Assembly (NCBI GenBank): GCA_010093815.1 | Contig: ML996573.1 | Source: Pseudovirgaria hyperparasitica | Lineage: Eukaryota | Reading direction: 5' to 3' (one strand) | DNA: 64,000 nt | Shown here: positions 14,284 to 27,582 of the stretch, one piece after another | Layout of the letters: each line of letters begins with the position of its first letter | How positions within the stretch are numbered: position 1 is the first letter of the stretch | The notes under the pieces: model-generated | Told to the model about the DNA's origin: nothing | The model's input: the letters and a program-made list of their open reading frames with translations, nothing else | Database searches by the model: none | Program-made: the position numbers and the translations under genes

Positions 14284-15932
14284 ATGTTCTGATAGAACGT
14301 GCTGAGACAGCAACAGCGCGCAAAGGACCCAGATTCAAGGTTACGAAGCACGTTTGGAAGCCGCGGTGTTCGGCAGTTTCAAACAGCGATGCGGGCCTGG
14401 TGTTCATCGTTCAGAAGTAGTACCAGCACCAGCACCAGGCCAGGAGACTGACAGCTCGAGCCGGAGCGCACTAGATAGGCGATGATCTGGAGACAGCTAA
14501 CATACGAATCCCTGGTTGAACAGCAGCAGCTGTTCTGTCCGCATGAGTATATAGTATGCCCAAATGCTGGGGGCCGCCCCGCTTAGTCCACTACAGCTGC
14601 AACCGTTATAGGTCAAACTTAAAGTAAGAGTCTATAAATAGAACTCCAAGTCTTCCTGCTAAGGCAATCTGTAAGTCGATCAGTTGCCCCTTGTTGTGGT
14701 TTGGCGAACAAGAAGCCGTTAAACCACAGGCCAGTCACAAAATCCTCACGTCCAATTCGTTTGGCCCTTGCCCGAATGGAGTCTTGTCAGCACAACGCAA
14801 GGCTTATATCTCTTGGTGAGCTTCTCACCGTCATTTCCAATCGGACGAAGATCCCGAGCCACTGAGCGTCAGTTTCGATCATCGGTCTTTATAATTTTGA
14901 TGACAGAGAGGACAAGCTATGATCCACAAGCTGCGATTGTCATCAATTTCATATATACAATCGGATCGCCTCGTCACACTCGGATATTGCTAACCCGTAT
15001 ATTTGTCTGCTGCCTGCCGATGCCGGTATGTCAGTCACTCGGCATACTGACTGCATCGATCCAACGATGGGTCGATACTGCTGACGGTCATCACGCAAGC
15101 AGCTAGTGATAAGATCCTTGCACCGACAAACGTGGTAGTCTGACCTGCAGCTAGACACATATAATCATATTGCTGTTAAACCTACCAAGAGGTAGGCGTT
15201 GCCGGTTCAACCCAGGTAGCTTGTAAATCAGCTTCGGCCTCCCGCACGATGAGTGTAGGAATAACCCGTCTATAAGATTACCTGGGAAACAGTTGATGAG
15301 AGCCGAACGATGTCTACGCAGATCATGGTAGAGAAACATGGCGAGCGACATAACCGTTGATTGAAGCTTATACATCTCCATTGTCCCAGTAGTTATCCGT
15401 TATTCCGATGCTCGAGATCAACAAAATTCGCGCGCAATGCACATGTAGTCAAAGCACTACACGGAACATTTATCGGTAAAAGTCGTAGGGCCGACACTGC
15501 CCTCAAACCCTTCAATTTTGTGGACGAATCTTCGAGCTCCGGCATTTCTGCGTGTGGCACCTACAGTAAATTTCGCGTCAGAATCTTCAAGATTCAAAAT
15601 TCTATACAAGTGACAAATGGAATTTGACTACACAGACAAGAGTCTCCGGGATATGGATACTGACGAGTGCATTATTTCGTCGCCCGTCCAGATTTATATT
15701 GAAATTCGAAGCTCAAGGATTGCTACACGAACATCTGCCGAGATTTGAGGTCAATTTTCGCATCCAATCGTCCACGTTCCGTGAGTCATGACATCTGGCA
15801 GTCTGTAAGCGCGTTTTGTGAGTGATTATATATTATCGGAGGCTCGATCTATCATGATTGTGCTCTTGCGGGGAGGAGTAGGGCGATGTGCTAATTATGA
15901 TAAGAGGTGGCGCCTGTGAACGACAAGAGTAT

Positions 15933-17195
15933 TCAACCCTCTTTGAGTCGCTTTGCAGGCCTACCGATGAGAGAATCGTCCGGTAATCCGCTCCGTTTCG
16001 TTCCAGGCACGCTCGAGGTGCGGATATCATTATCTTCCTGACTAACCCGTCGATGTGGATACTCGATCTTCACACTCCCAAAGCAGTTCTTGGATGGCTT
16101 GTCTGCTTCTCCACCAGCGGTGAAGTAGGGATGTTGAAGCGCTTGCTCGGCCGTTAGACGCTTCTGTGGATCGTACTCGAGGAGTCCTTGGAGTAGATCT
16201 CGACCCTCGTCTCCTGGTGAGTTACCCTGACCTGGAGAGTATTGGTTGTTCTGCATGGTAGTCTGCCACCAATCCTTCAAAGTTCTTGTACGGCCACTGG
16301 AACGCATAGTGCTCCCCAAAGCCTGCAGCTGAGCATATTCTTGCATGGCGGTCAGCAATGGCCATCTCTCCTTCGTAGGCATCCCAAGGACTTCGATGAT
16401 TTTCATCATCTGATTCCGCTGAAATGGTACAATCTTCTTACTGTCCATCTTTGCTTCTTCTCCTTTAAAGATAGGCCGCAAAGAAAGAAGTTCCGCGAAG
16501 ATACATCCTACGGCCCAGAGGTCGACAGCCGGCGTGTAATGCCGGCTTCCAAGCAGAAGCTCAGGTGCTCGGTACCAGATAGTCACAACAACTTTGTCAC
16601 CAGTGAACAGCGAGTGTAATGGCTTATAAAACAACCGAGCAAGTCCCAGGTCGCCAATCTTAACTTCTCCAGCCTTGGTGACCATGATGTTTGCGGGTTT
16701 TAGGTCTCGGTGCATAACCCAATTTCTATGCAAGTACAGTAGTCCGTTCAGAAGTTGCCATAGTATCGATTTAATAGCCTTAGCAGCGATCGCTTTTCGT
16801 GATTGTTGAGTGTGATAATGAATGATCTGTAATAGATCATGTTCGGCATATTCGAAGACAATGAAAATGCATTTGTCTTCTAGAATGATCTCTACCGTAT
16901 GGATGACGTTTGGGTCTGTAAGTTCCGTACAGAGCGCCATTTCACGGATTGCTGACTGTGATATGCCCGTATATTGAACCTCACCCTCCTTATCCGGCTT
17001 GAATCTACGACACGTGGTCAGTCACGGCATTTGAGCTCTTCAGATTGCTTTGACTAACTTCTTGATCGCGAATTCTCTAGTTTCACCATTTCGGCCTTGA
17101 GCTTTGTACACACGACCATACGTGCCACTGCTAATGAAACCGATGATTCTATAACGCTCGTTGACACGTTTCTTGCTCGTATAGCCACTTAACAT
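15933..17195 (-). CDS. SSN3: Cyclin-dependent kinase Ssn3/Srb10/CDK8 (intron 17005-17058)
   Basis: ISSGTYGRVYKA, GISQSAIREMALC, HRDLKPANI, DLGLAR and VVTIWYRAPELLLG. Confidence 0.96.
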
Positions 17196-18155
17196 CGCCT
17201 TTGACGATGACTCTGATGAATCTGAGACGGCCAGAAGATTACTAACTGCACGCGAAAAGAATCGAAATTTATGGTCGAGGCTATGGTTCTGTGGAAGACA
17301 AAAAGGGTCGTCAAGGCAGAAAAGGTTAGGGTGTAACGTGAGATAATGAACACAAAAGTGACCTGAGATGAGGAGCTGAAGACACGATGGCAAGATAGAC
17401 AACAGCACAGAACAAAAGGATTATAGTACAACGAGCTCGGTCCGATAGAAAGAGTCGCCTGCAAGGAGATGCAGCTTGAGTCGCGTGAACAACTGCGATG
17501 ACGCAGAAGACGCAGAAGACGCAGACGATTGTTGTGTATTGAGAAAGGATGCTGAAGCGTGGAAAGGACTTACCGTTGAGGGCGGTCGGAACGCTACTAG
17601 TAATATTACTGCTGCTTTTTAGCTGATGCGCCTGGCTAGAAGGAGGATTCGATGTGGCCGCCATTACGCAGGCGCATGTGGGTCTGCGGTGTCTCTTAAG
17701 TCATTTCTGGCTCTTTGCGTCCTCGCGATCCGCAGTCGCTCTCCTTGTGATGGAGTTTAGACAATGTCAAGGTATTAGTGCCCGCCGGAAGAGATATCGG
17801 CGATACTTGTGCCGCGTAAAGTGCTTGGTGCCGTTTTTGGCAGGGGAGCTTCCCGAGCTGAAGCTGGGGCAGCGCCATCACCATCGCATCGCCATCACCC
17901 TCTGCTACATCTCCACGCATGCAATATGGCAATTTGAACGCACATTCGCCAGCCATAGCTATATTGCTCAGCCCGCTCCTCTTCACTGTCCCTGATACAG
18001 CTACTTCGTCGAAGGAATTCGTCTCGATCACCTTGCATTAGGTGTTTAACAGAGAGTTCTTGCGAAGCATTGCAGCGACTCTACCATACAGCAAAGGCGT
18101 GCACTACGCAGACTTCGCTCGAAACCTCCTCAATACTACAATACTAGACTAGAAA

Positions 18156-19765
18156 ATGGATCCACGGACTTGGTTCAAGGACCTTACGCCCTACTTCATT
18201 TACTTGCTACTGTTCGCTACGACCGGACCTCTACTGTTTGGCTTTCACTTGGTACTGCATTCTGAAACGTATGTTATGAATTGGGCTCACAAAAGGACTA
18301 GGCTGAATTAAACGCGCCCGAGGATGTCATTCGCTGTAAAGCTAAATCCGCTACCTCAGCGAATCTCCCGCAGTGTATGCCCATGACATCTGCGCAATGG
18401 GGTCTTGTTGGCTCGATATACACACTGGGAGGCTTCCTGGGAGCTGTGATATCAGGAACACTATCATCTAGTTATGGGCGGTTAAGAGTCATGCAATTGA
18501 ATACGGCTTTCTTCATTGTTGGACCAATCTTGCAAGCTCTGGCACCAAACCTCACGGTTCTGGGTATCGGTCGTTTCATATCCGGAATAGGTGCTGGAAC
18601 AGCAATGGTGGTTGCTCCTCTATACGTTTCAGAGATATCACCGCCTGCAGAGCGCGGCTTCTTTGGAGCTTGCACACAAGTCATGGTCAATGTCGGAATC
18701 TTGATTGCCCAGCTGCTAGGATTCTTTTTGAGCAAGGGCCAGCTTTGGAGAATTATTCTTGCCGCTGGCGGTGGTATAGGATTAGTGCAGGCCCTGGGTC
18801 TCTTCTTTGGAGTAGAAAGTCCAAAATGGACCGCAGAATACAGAAACGTGTCCGAAGCAAAGAGGAACCTGCGCAGAATCCGAGGAGAGGACTATGATAT
18901 TAGCGAGGAAACTGGCGGATGGAATACTGAAGATAGCAATCTGACAGACGGTAAGCAAGTCATCATGGTCGACAGTCAACATCTAACTGGACACCAGAGC
19001 ACGAAACGTTGCTCAGGGGTGAGGAGGAGCTTTCGAATGTTGCGATGAAAGCTGAAAGAAAGGAGAATTTGAGCATCTTCCAAATCTGGCAATACCCAAA
19101 TCACAGGCGTGCTGTTTTCGCCGTTATGATGGTCATGGTCGCACAACAGTTTACTGGTCAGGAATCGAAGACTTTCATATCAGGTCAAAAATGGCTGACC
19201 TAAAGCAGGTATCAACAGCATCGTCATGTATGGCGTTGGCCTGCTGTCCAGCCTACTCCAGTCAAACTCCGCACTCCTTAACCTAGTTGTTTCGGCACTC
19301 AACATCATAGTCACGGCAGCCACTGCTCCTCTTGTCGACCGACTAGGCCGCAAAGTATGTATCTTGAACTCGATCTTTGTGATGGGAGCGTCATCCTTGC
19401 TTTTGGCTATCGGTATCATCAAGTCGATCAAAATACTATCTGCAGTAGCTGTACTACTCTTCGTTTCCGGATTTGCCCTTGGTCTAGGTCCGGTTCCGTT
19501 CATCCTAGCAAGTGAGCTGGTCGATCCTGAAGCCGTTGGTGCTACTCAAAGCTGGGCCTTATCGTCCAATTGGATATCAACATTTTGTGTTGCACAATTC
19601 TTTCCCATTCTAAACGAGCAATTGCATGGCAAGGTATATCTAATATTTACGGGACTGGCAGCGTTCTTTTTCGTCTTCGTTACCTGGTATGTACCCGAGT
19701 CGAAGGGCAAGAAGACTGCAGATGAGGTTTGGGGAAGAGAATCGAGCGCGAGGAGGGTTGATTAG
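18156..19765 (+). CDS. MFS sugar-porter family transporter (Vps73/YBR241C-like), 3 introns
   Basis: GPLLFGFHL-AELNAP, PLYVSEISP, VESPKW, AQQFTG-INS, DRLGRK and VPESKGK are sugar-porter signatures. Confidence 0.88.
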
Positions 19766-20174
19766 ACCGCCTTTTCGAATAGATCAAGTATACGAGTCGC
19801 AAGACAGATTCATTCTGCACGTTCAGTCTTCGTCATGATCCTCCGGGGATGTCGTCTCCAGCAACAGCGCAGCATGCACGGACCGAGTTCCTTATGGAAA
19901 GCTGACAAACCCCGGAGGTTTTCGGCGAGGGTTCAGCGCGATCGGCTACTGCTCGGTCACCTAGGTAGGTCCCTGAGGTGGTAATAGCTTGCTTTAGCCT
20001 TTGCCGTCTGCTCCCTCGCACGTCAGACGAATAACGGGCCCCCGCCTCGGTCCCTCGCAGCTACGGCATCAAAAGGTTGGTCCCAGTCAAGGTCAGTAAT
20101 GTCGTTGCCATTGCTCACCCTGCGCTTCCTTTCGCAATATACCTGCGACCCAGCTTCATTCTCTCCCTGCCAGA

Positions 20175-21291
20175 ATGACTACACTGCCGGCGCACGCATC
20201 TCCGGCCCTCACCGCTGCGCAGGATCATACCGACTTTCCTGACCTCGATTTCCAATCACATCACAGAGAAGAACTCCGGCAATTGTCACAACCTCCGCCT
20301 CCTTCACTGATATCGCCCAAATTCACACCACCTTCTACACCAAGTCTCAACACCACCTCTTTCAACGAAAGAAGTGCTGCATCATACCCTGTCGAAGACA
20401 ATCCGGCTTCGTCCAACACTCCCGAGCTAGTCAAGAAGCTCCCAGAAGTGACATGCACCGTACGCGCAAGAATACCCACCACAACAGGGCAAGAGATGTG
20501 GCTACATGTATACAAGAATGATATTGATACGAAAGAGCATCTGGCCATCGTATTCGGCAGTACCATCCGAAGCAAAACCTTGGATGCGCCTCGTCCCGGT
20601 GAAACGGAGATGGATCGTATGATTCGCGGCGCATACCAAGGACGTCTGCACCCAGGTCGCACAAGTAGCAAGCTGAAGAACGCTGGTTCAGGACAAGCGT
20701 CTGATGCACAGGTGATACAACAAGCACCGCTCGTACGAATACATTCTGAATGCTATACCGGAGAAACAGTATGGTCAGCTCGATGTGACTGTGGCGAGCA
20801 GCTGGATGAGGCTGCACGACTCATGGCACTACCCAGTGCAACAGGAGGAGTTATCATCTACCTGCGACAAGAAGGGCGAGGAATTGGCTTGGGCGAAAAG
20901 CTCAAAGCATATAATCTTCAAGATCTTGGCAATGACACGTATGAGGCAAACATATTATTAAGGCATCCGGCAGATGCCAGAAGTTATGGTCTGGCTACGG
21001 CCATGCTTCAAGACCTAGGCTTAGGCGGCGAGACTGGCATACGTCTCCTAACCAATAACCCCGATAAAGTCCGAGCCGTCGAGGGCCCTGGAAGAGAGGT
21101 CGTCGTCAAGGAGAGAGTTGCTATGGTACCTCTAGCTTGGAAGACACACGGTAAAAGCGGTATCAACAGTGATGAGGTGGAAAAGTACCTCAGTACCAAG
21201 GTATACTTCTGAATAGCCCTCGCCAAGAGCTCAGTTAGCTAATTCCTACTCATAGATTGAGAAGTTTAAGCATATGCTGGACAGAGCTTGA
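20175..21291 (+). CDS. RIB1: GTP cyclohydrolase II (riboflavin biosynthesis); intron 21201-21255
   Basis: [30 protein letters not shown] and LLTNNPDK. The final exon reads [11 protein letters not shown]. Confidence 0.95.
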
Positions 21292-21883
21292 GCATAAAAT
21301 AGAATAATTAGTCCCACAGGAAGTGGTAAGGCTTCCGGACCGCTGTTCGGAAGAGATGAGTCGATGATACCTTCTGACCAATATCTGGAGTATAGCTAGC
21401 TGCTTGCCGATGATTACGATGAAAGTGGGAAAGAAGCCACCTAGCAGAAGTACGCCCATATAAGCGGACTATCGCAACCGAATACTCTAGATGTATCTCA
21501 ATCCGGAAGTACCATACTACAAGAATCGTCCCTCCATTATTGAAAATGCTCAAGAATCGGGCGGGACGACTGTCCAGGTACATCTATAATAGGGATCAAA
21601 TGCCAGGCGAATGAGATTTGTCAGGCTGTGTATTAGAAAGAAAGTCATCAGGACGATGTAAAGGAGGTACCCAGATGATGTACAGCAGGTTTGGTAAATA
21701 AATGTTTATACAGGAGATACTTGGAAGCAGAAGTCAAGATCGCTTGCAAGAACCTTTTGGGAAACAATCCGACCTACCCCTCTAGCCCCACTATGGAGGG
21801 CAATAACAAGAGCTCAACAATCAAGAGCCCTTGCAAGCTCCTTCAACATTTCCGAAGCATTTTCTTGACACTCATTGCCCATA

Positions 21884-22870
21884 ATGATCAACTTCGGCGT
21901 TGTAGGCACGGGCTGGATCACAGAGTCATTCATCGCCGGCGCTCATAACACCAAAAAGTGGCAACTCGCAGCCGTCTTTTCCCGCAAACAAGCCACCGCG
22001 ACAGAATTCGCAAGCAAATACAACGTTTCGACAACATATACCTCTCTTGAATCCCTTGGGGCCGACTCAGATATCCGAGTAGTGTACATTGCCTCTCCCA
22101 ACTCGCTCCACTTCTCGCAAGCCTCCATACTCCTCCGTGCGAAGAAGCACGTCATTCTTGAGAAACCCCTTGCCTCAAACTCCGCCGAGCTCGATTCCCT
22201 ATTCACGCTCGCAAAGGAGAACGATGTCTTCTTAATCGAAGCATTTCGCCATATCCACGAAGTGAACTTCCGTGTCTTGCAATCCAACCTTGCGCGCCTA
22301 GGCCCTATCTACGGCGCATCGTTGAACTACGCGTCATACTCTAGCAGATACAACAAGGTGCTCGACGGCGAAGTGCCCAATATCTTCTCGCTCGAGTACT
22401 CTGGTGGCTCACTCGCGGATCTGGGCGTGTATCCGATCGCTGCAGCCGTCGCGCTGTTTGGCGAGCCTCAGAAATGCATATACAAGCCTGTTATAATTGC
22501 TACCGGAGCGGACGGTGGGGGCGTGATACTCCTAGAGTACGACACGTTCGGCGTGAGTGTCAATGCGAGCAAGATATACACGAGCACGGCGCCGAGTGAG
22601 GTATACGGCGAGAAGGGGACTCTAGTGATCAATGCTGTAACGGACATTGACAGCGTAAAATTCTTGGATGCAAAAAGGAAGAACACTGAAGAATTGGCAC
22701 AGGAGAAGGCGGAGCAGAATCTGCAGGAAGAGGCGGATGTATATGCAGACTGGATCGAGAAGAAGGATATCAAGGCGGTAGGAATACAGGAGCAGATTAG
22801 TAGAGCGGTGTTGAGGTCAACGGAGAAGATGAGGAAGGATAATGGTCTCATTTTTGCGACTGAGAAGTAA
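21884..22870 (+). CDS. Gfo/Idh/MocA family oxidoreductase (YgjR/IolU-like), intronless
   Basis: GVVGTGWI Rossmann motif, YIASPNSLH, HVILEKP and GGSLADLGVY. Confidence 0.9.
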   Translation: MINFGVVGTGWITESFIAGAHNTKKWQLAAVFSRKQATATEFASKYNVSTTYTSLESLGADSDIRVVYIASPNSLHFSQASILLRAKKHVILEKPLASNSAELDSLFTLAKENDVFLIEAFRHIHEVNFRVLQSNLARLGPIYGASLNYASYSSRYNKVLDGEVPNIFSLEYSGGSLADLGVYPIAAAVALFGEPQKCIYKPVIIATGADGGGVILLEYDTFGVSVNASKIYTSTAPSEVYGEKGTLVINAVTDIDSVKFLDAKRKNTEELAQEKAEQNLQEEADVYADWIEKKDIKAVGIQEQISRAVLRSTEKMRKDNGLIFATEK

Positions 22871-23124
22871 TGATAGGGTAATGGAGCATCATACATAATA
22901 ACTAAACGACATGGCACACTTATCAATACAGGAAAGCTAAACAGGGCTCTTGAACCGTCCTCTAATAATGAGAATTCAGCACAATACCAATTTATCTGAC
23001 AAAGGATCCCAACGGGTTTCCAAGTAAGTAAGTATAAGAAGAACCTACAATTACCACCGCCAAAGATCGGGTAAGTGTAAGTAAGCATGGTGATGCCAAA
23101 GAAAAGAATAAAATGCAAAAGACA

Positions 23125-23210
23125 AGCGCCGATCGTGGATCGAACACGAGACCTCGGGATAACTGATTTGGTAACTGCAATCCTGCGCTCTACCACTGAG
23201 CTATCAGCGC
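23125..23210 (-). tRNA. tRNA-Cys(GCA) with 14-nt intron (23161-23174)
   Basis: Reverse complement GCGCTGATAGCTCAGTGGTAGAGCGCAGGATTGCAG[TTACCAAATCAGTT]ATCCCGAGGTCTCGTGTTCGATCCACGATCGGCGCT. It has a 7-bp acceptor stem, A/B boxes, GCA anticodon, U73 discriminator and downstream T-runs (Pol III terminator). One mismatch in the anticodon stem. Confidence 0.92.
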
Positions 23211-24152
23211 TTGAATGACGTGTTATCCGAAAAAAAAATATATAAATCGCTAACCCATCTGCAACGAAAGCTCGGCGATTTCAACGCTGAAGATCTCGCT
23301 AATAGCTCCAATTGTCCAGGCCGGTCGAAATGCAGCATGTGCCCAGGTGGCGATGGAGAGCGCCGAGAACAGCAGCTGCAACAAGGGGCCGCGTGCGGCG
23401 CTTTTCTGCGGGGAAGGCGCCGCTGCAAGTTCTGCGTGACCAGCCAGATGCACAATATACCCCCGCGAGCCCCCGCCCTTACCCGCAAACCTTCTCTAAT
23501 CGGTGTCGGCGTCGGCTCCCTTTCTTTGATGATGTGCAACGGAACTGCCCTAGGCCTCAGGCTGAAGGAGTGACACTGGCGATTGGGCAGACTGACATTG
23601 GACAGGCACCAATCACCAACCGCTTCCGTCATATTCACCATCTTCCACTGTTGCAACTTCTTGATGTGTACCTTCTGATCATCTATCATCTATCATCTCT
23701 CTCTCTCCCCTCCACATCAACATATCAACAAAGGTCACTCTACAGTAAGATCACGCATCGAAGGTTTGCACTATTCACCAGTGGACCGACCCCAGGAATG
23801 CACGCGCAGGCCAATCCGTCTTGATTAGAGACCTGCACAACACCGTTCTAGCCCCACTGGCTCTCATCTCCGCCAGGGTCTCTACCGCAACAAGACGACC
23901 TGTTGCACATATTGCACGACCTGGACGTCTTGTCTTCCTTACCTGGTGCATCATTGTGTAGCAAGGAGACTTCGAGACTGTTATTATAAGAGTAACGATC
24001 CAGCCTGCAGCCCATCTGGCCCCTGCAAGCTGAAACTCGCTAGGTACACCTTGCGTACCGTCCGTCCTTACACCGCGTCCTTTGCATCACATACGCCTGT
24101 TGCAACGGAGAATGTCTCTTGCAGAAGCACATTACGTCGAGTCACTGTTGCT

Positions 24153-25217
24153 ATGAATACTCTACCTGCTCTTTTAGAGCACGTCACTCTCAGCGAAGGC
24201 GCGAAAATGCCTTCTAGCACGCTTGTTTCCAAAGCCAAGCTGATGGCAGAGCACAGCGAGAACAGCAACCATCAACAGACTCACGACGCTCATATGGAGA
24301 ACTCCAGGCTTGAGACTGAGACTCATGATGAAGTATGTGAGATCTTTCAACCTCGGCCGTCAACTCCAAGACGCTCGACTGAGCCCTTCTCTCCTTCACT
24401 CCTCAATCCTCTCGGTCAACCTCGACAACGCAATCGCTCCCCATACTCTAGAGCCCATTATCGCTCACACTCTGGATCTTCGCCAGCCGTGGCACCACCT
24501 ATGACACGAGCCCACTCTCTTCCAGCCGTGATGTCACACAGCTCTCCTCCAACGCTTGTACCTACAGTGCCACTCCTACGGCCATCGAGCCCGCTTCGTT
24601 CGCCTGTACGCGCTCGTAGCCCATACCGACTGGGCGAAGACTCATACTCTTACGCTGGAACGCCCAGTGTACCCGATATCTCAGAAGATGCAGAGCTTGA
24701 CCTCACACCCAAGGCCATGCACAGCGATCGAGGTGTAGCTTCATTGCCTCTCTCGAATTTCAACATGAGTAACACATTCCCACGCCGGCGCCGGCCCGCC
24801 TCACCTCTTCACCAAGTCGCAAGCGCGAACTCTAGCAACTCGTTTTATAGTACACCAACATCGTCAGCGAGCTCATCTCCGATGCTCTCTGCAATCAAAT
24901 ACAACGAACCATTCCCAATTGGCTTTCCTACTTCGCTCTCGTCCTCCGTACCTTCCACGCCAACATCTACACGCTCCCGCTCTCCTAGTATTTCCAGCTT
25001 GGAGACTATCCCAGACACCCCAGATGCCGAAGCCGAGGCCATTGAGGAAGATCGTATCGCCAAGCTAAAAGCTATTGAGGAGGGTCCTAGGAGAGGTAGT
25101 TTAGACGAACCGACTAAGCGGATCAGCTTCACAAACCGAGACAAGAGAAAGCGTTGGAGTGTCTGCGGAGGCGAGAGACGGCAAGATTTGGATTTGGAGA
25201 CGATATACGAGGACTGA
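24153..25217 (+). CDS. Ser/Pro-rich disordered protein with a conserved-looking C-terminus
   Basis: Long ORF ending RSRSPSISSLETIPDTPDAE...KRKRWSVCGGERRQDLDLETIYED, recalled from uncharacterised Pezizomycotina proteins. The start codon is uncertain. Confidence 0.7.
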   Translation: MNTLPALLEHVTLSEGAKMPSSTLVSKAKLMAEHSENSNHQQTHDAHMENSRLETETHDEVCEIFQPRPSTPRRSTEPFSPSLLNPLGQPRQRNRSPYSRAHYRSHSGSSPAVAPPMTRAHSLPAVMSHSSPPTLVPTVPLLRPSSPLRSPVRARSPYRLGEDSYSYAGTPSVPDISEDAELDLTPKAMHSDRGVASLPLSNFNMSNTFPRRRRPASPLHQVASANSSNSFYSTPTSSASSSPMLSAIKYNEPFPIGFPTSLSSSVPSTPTSTRSRSPSISSLETIPDTPDAEAEAIEEDRIAKLKAIEEGPRRGSLDEPTKRISFTNRDKRKRWSVCGGERRQDLDLETIYED

Positions 25218-26366
25218 CGCTGGCTGACGTTGAACCTCTTCGTCAAACCATACTAGTTTTGACACCCAAGAACATTTCAGTCTGCTTCAAAGCAGCATAC
25301 AAGACGATTCTGCTGTCTACACATACCCGACGCGCATCGCGAATCTTTCACTGGGTCTGAGACTGATACACTCTACTGAGATACCACATTTGTCTACTAG
25401 ACATGTCATTCACCGCATGAGCTATTCATTATGCATTATCGAATATACCACGTCCAGGGGCCAGGACCCAACAGCGTTGTTACAACGGCGCATTTTGTAT
25501 TGAAATAGGTCTCGTTATGAGCTGTGGAACGGCGTTATCAGGACCATCGTATTCGGGATGTGGGACCACTACCAGCCCGCGACTGCATGATCAGCCGGGC
25601 ACAGAATAGTCCTTGGGACATGGCGATTCTTGGTGTATTTGGGATATTGTTATTAACATCGAGACTGCTAGGCATACCTCGAACCAAATCAATTTATTCA
25701 ATCTCTTACATGTCCAATCCACACTTGCTTGCCAACCGTGATTGTAATACGTAATACCAAGATCACGCAATATCGCGGCATATGTTTGCATGCCTTGTGC
25801 ATTCGGAGTTTTCATATGGCATCCAGTAGATTAGCTCGACGTGCAAGTTGCATACCGCCCGACATGGAGATTAGTCTGGCTGCTTCTTCATCCCGTTATA
25901 CAGAGGCACAGGAAACGTAATCGCACCATGACATGGCACACACAGTGAGGTAAGCGAGTCTTCGTCCCGGAGTAATTGCGAGTGCTCAGGGAACGCTGGA
26001 TGAAACCAATCTTATGCAGATGGGAATCGTTCCATACGTATCAAAGTGTTATGCAAGTGGACGATTAGACGAGAGAAAAACCCAAAAATCATATAACGTA
26101 GAGTACATGTCCGTTTAAGCTTCCTTTCTGCTGGCAAATCCACGCACACGTTTCCGAGCCGTTCGCCAAACATCCCCAAATATACGGGGATTCGACGGGC
26201 CAGATTACAGTTTCAAATACATACAGCCATGCCCATATTGTCAGATGCATTATCGCGGTTTACCAGCCCCGAGACGAACATGGTTATTAAGAGGCCCTGA
26301 CACTTCACAATATGGCCCAATCAGTCTGTTGAATCGTTGGCGCTTAATGCTTGTCGCCGAGTGCGT

Positions 26367-27217
26367 TTAGCAGCTGGAGTCGGCACCGCGGGAGTTCATC
26401 AGGAGAGCAACGATAAGACCGTATAGACCTAGGAGAAAGTTAGCGAGGCATCTCACAAACCGGCCCATGTCGCACGTACCCAAGACTTCAGCGAAAATGA
26501 GAATGAGAATCATGCCGACAAAGAGTCTTGGCTGTTGAGCGGTACCACGGACACCGGCGTCACCGACAATACCGATAGCAAAGCCAGCAGCAAGACCAGC
26601 GAGACCGACTGACAGACCAGCGCCAAGCTGAATGAAGCCAGTGAAGAGAGATGATTCTTGCTTTAGGTTGTTGGAGATCAAAACGGATACGACGAGACCA
26701 TAGATGGCAATGATACCAGCCATGATGACGGGAATGATGTCTAATGAAGTCAGAATGCCTTCTACCTCTAATGAGTAATCGAGTCGCACTTCTCACGATC
26801 AAGTCAGGTCGTAGGACACCCATGGCGGAGATACCGACACCAGACTTGGCGGTACCGTAGGCGGCACCGAACGAGGTGAAGACAATGGCTGCAGTGCAGC
26901 CCATTGCCCCGAAGAAAGGCTGTTTTATATCGTCAGGATGTGCATCATATTACAATGTTGAGGATGGAGCTCTCGGAAGCTGTTGGTGCGAGGTTGCTTC
27001 GGTATCGTTCGTCGTAGCGGAGGGAAGTCAGACTTACGGCATAGACGGGACTGTATTACATATGATGTTAGCAGAGACTCTTACATTTATCGAGACATTG
27101 AATGTATAGTATGACGATAATGTACAACATGATCGTCTCACTAAGAGCTGAAAGGTATTCCGAAGCAACAGGGGAGCTCCGCGAGTGCTTCACTCACCAT
27201 AGATCAGAAACAACCAT
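26367..27217 (-). CDS. VMA3: V-type ATPase proteolipid subunit c, with a 13-nt microexon at 27038-27050
   Basis: Spliced [25 protein letters not shown]...[17 protein letters not shown]...[30 protein letters not shown]. Confidence 0.96.
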
Positions 27218-27582
27218 CTTTGCGTATCCTAGAACTTGTATGTAGGATATTGGTTTACAATGGCATCAGTTACGAGATGTTGTGACGACGTTGATGAGCT
27301 TCGTGAGCGTGATGGAATGTCAATGGAGTAGATGACGATGGTGAAGTGAGGTAGACGAGGGAAACCAAGCAGCCTATACATCAAAGACTGCGGCACGTGA
27401 TGCACGCGCTAACGCACTGCACTCCGACCACCATACAAAAAAAATTGGAGCTTGACCTGCTTTTGCATGTTAAAGATACTACGTTTCTCGACCACATTTG
27501 CGCCCGTGTGAGCTTCGCTGCAGTGATCCGGCGCATTATAACTATCCAAAGTTACCCCCAAATCAAACCTGATCTTCCAAAC

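Noticed and set aside
17500..17527. GACGCAGAA x3 micro-repeat upstream of SSN3
   Set aside because: Too short to assign a function; probably slippage.
22468..23196. 242-aa minus-strand ORF
   Set aside because: It overlaps the tRNA-Cys and the antisense strand of the oxidoreductase, and has no protein-like features.
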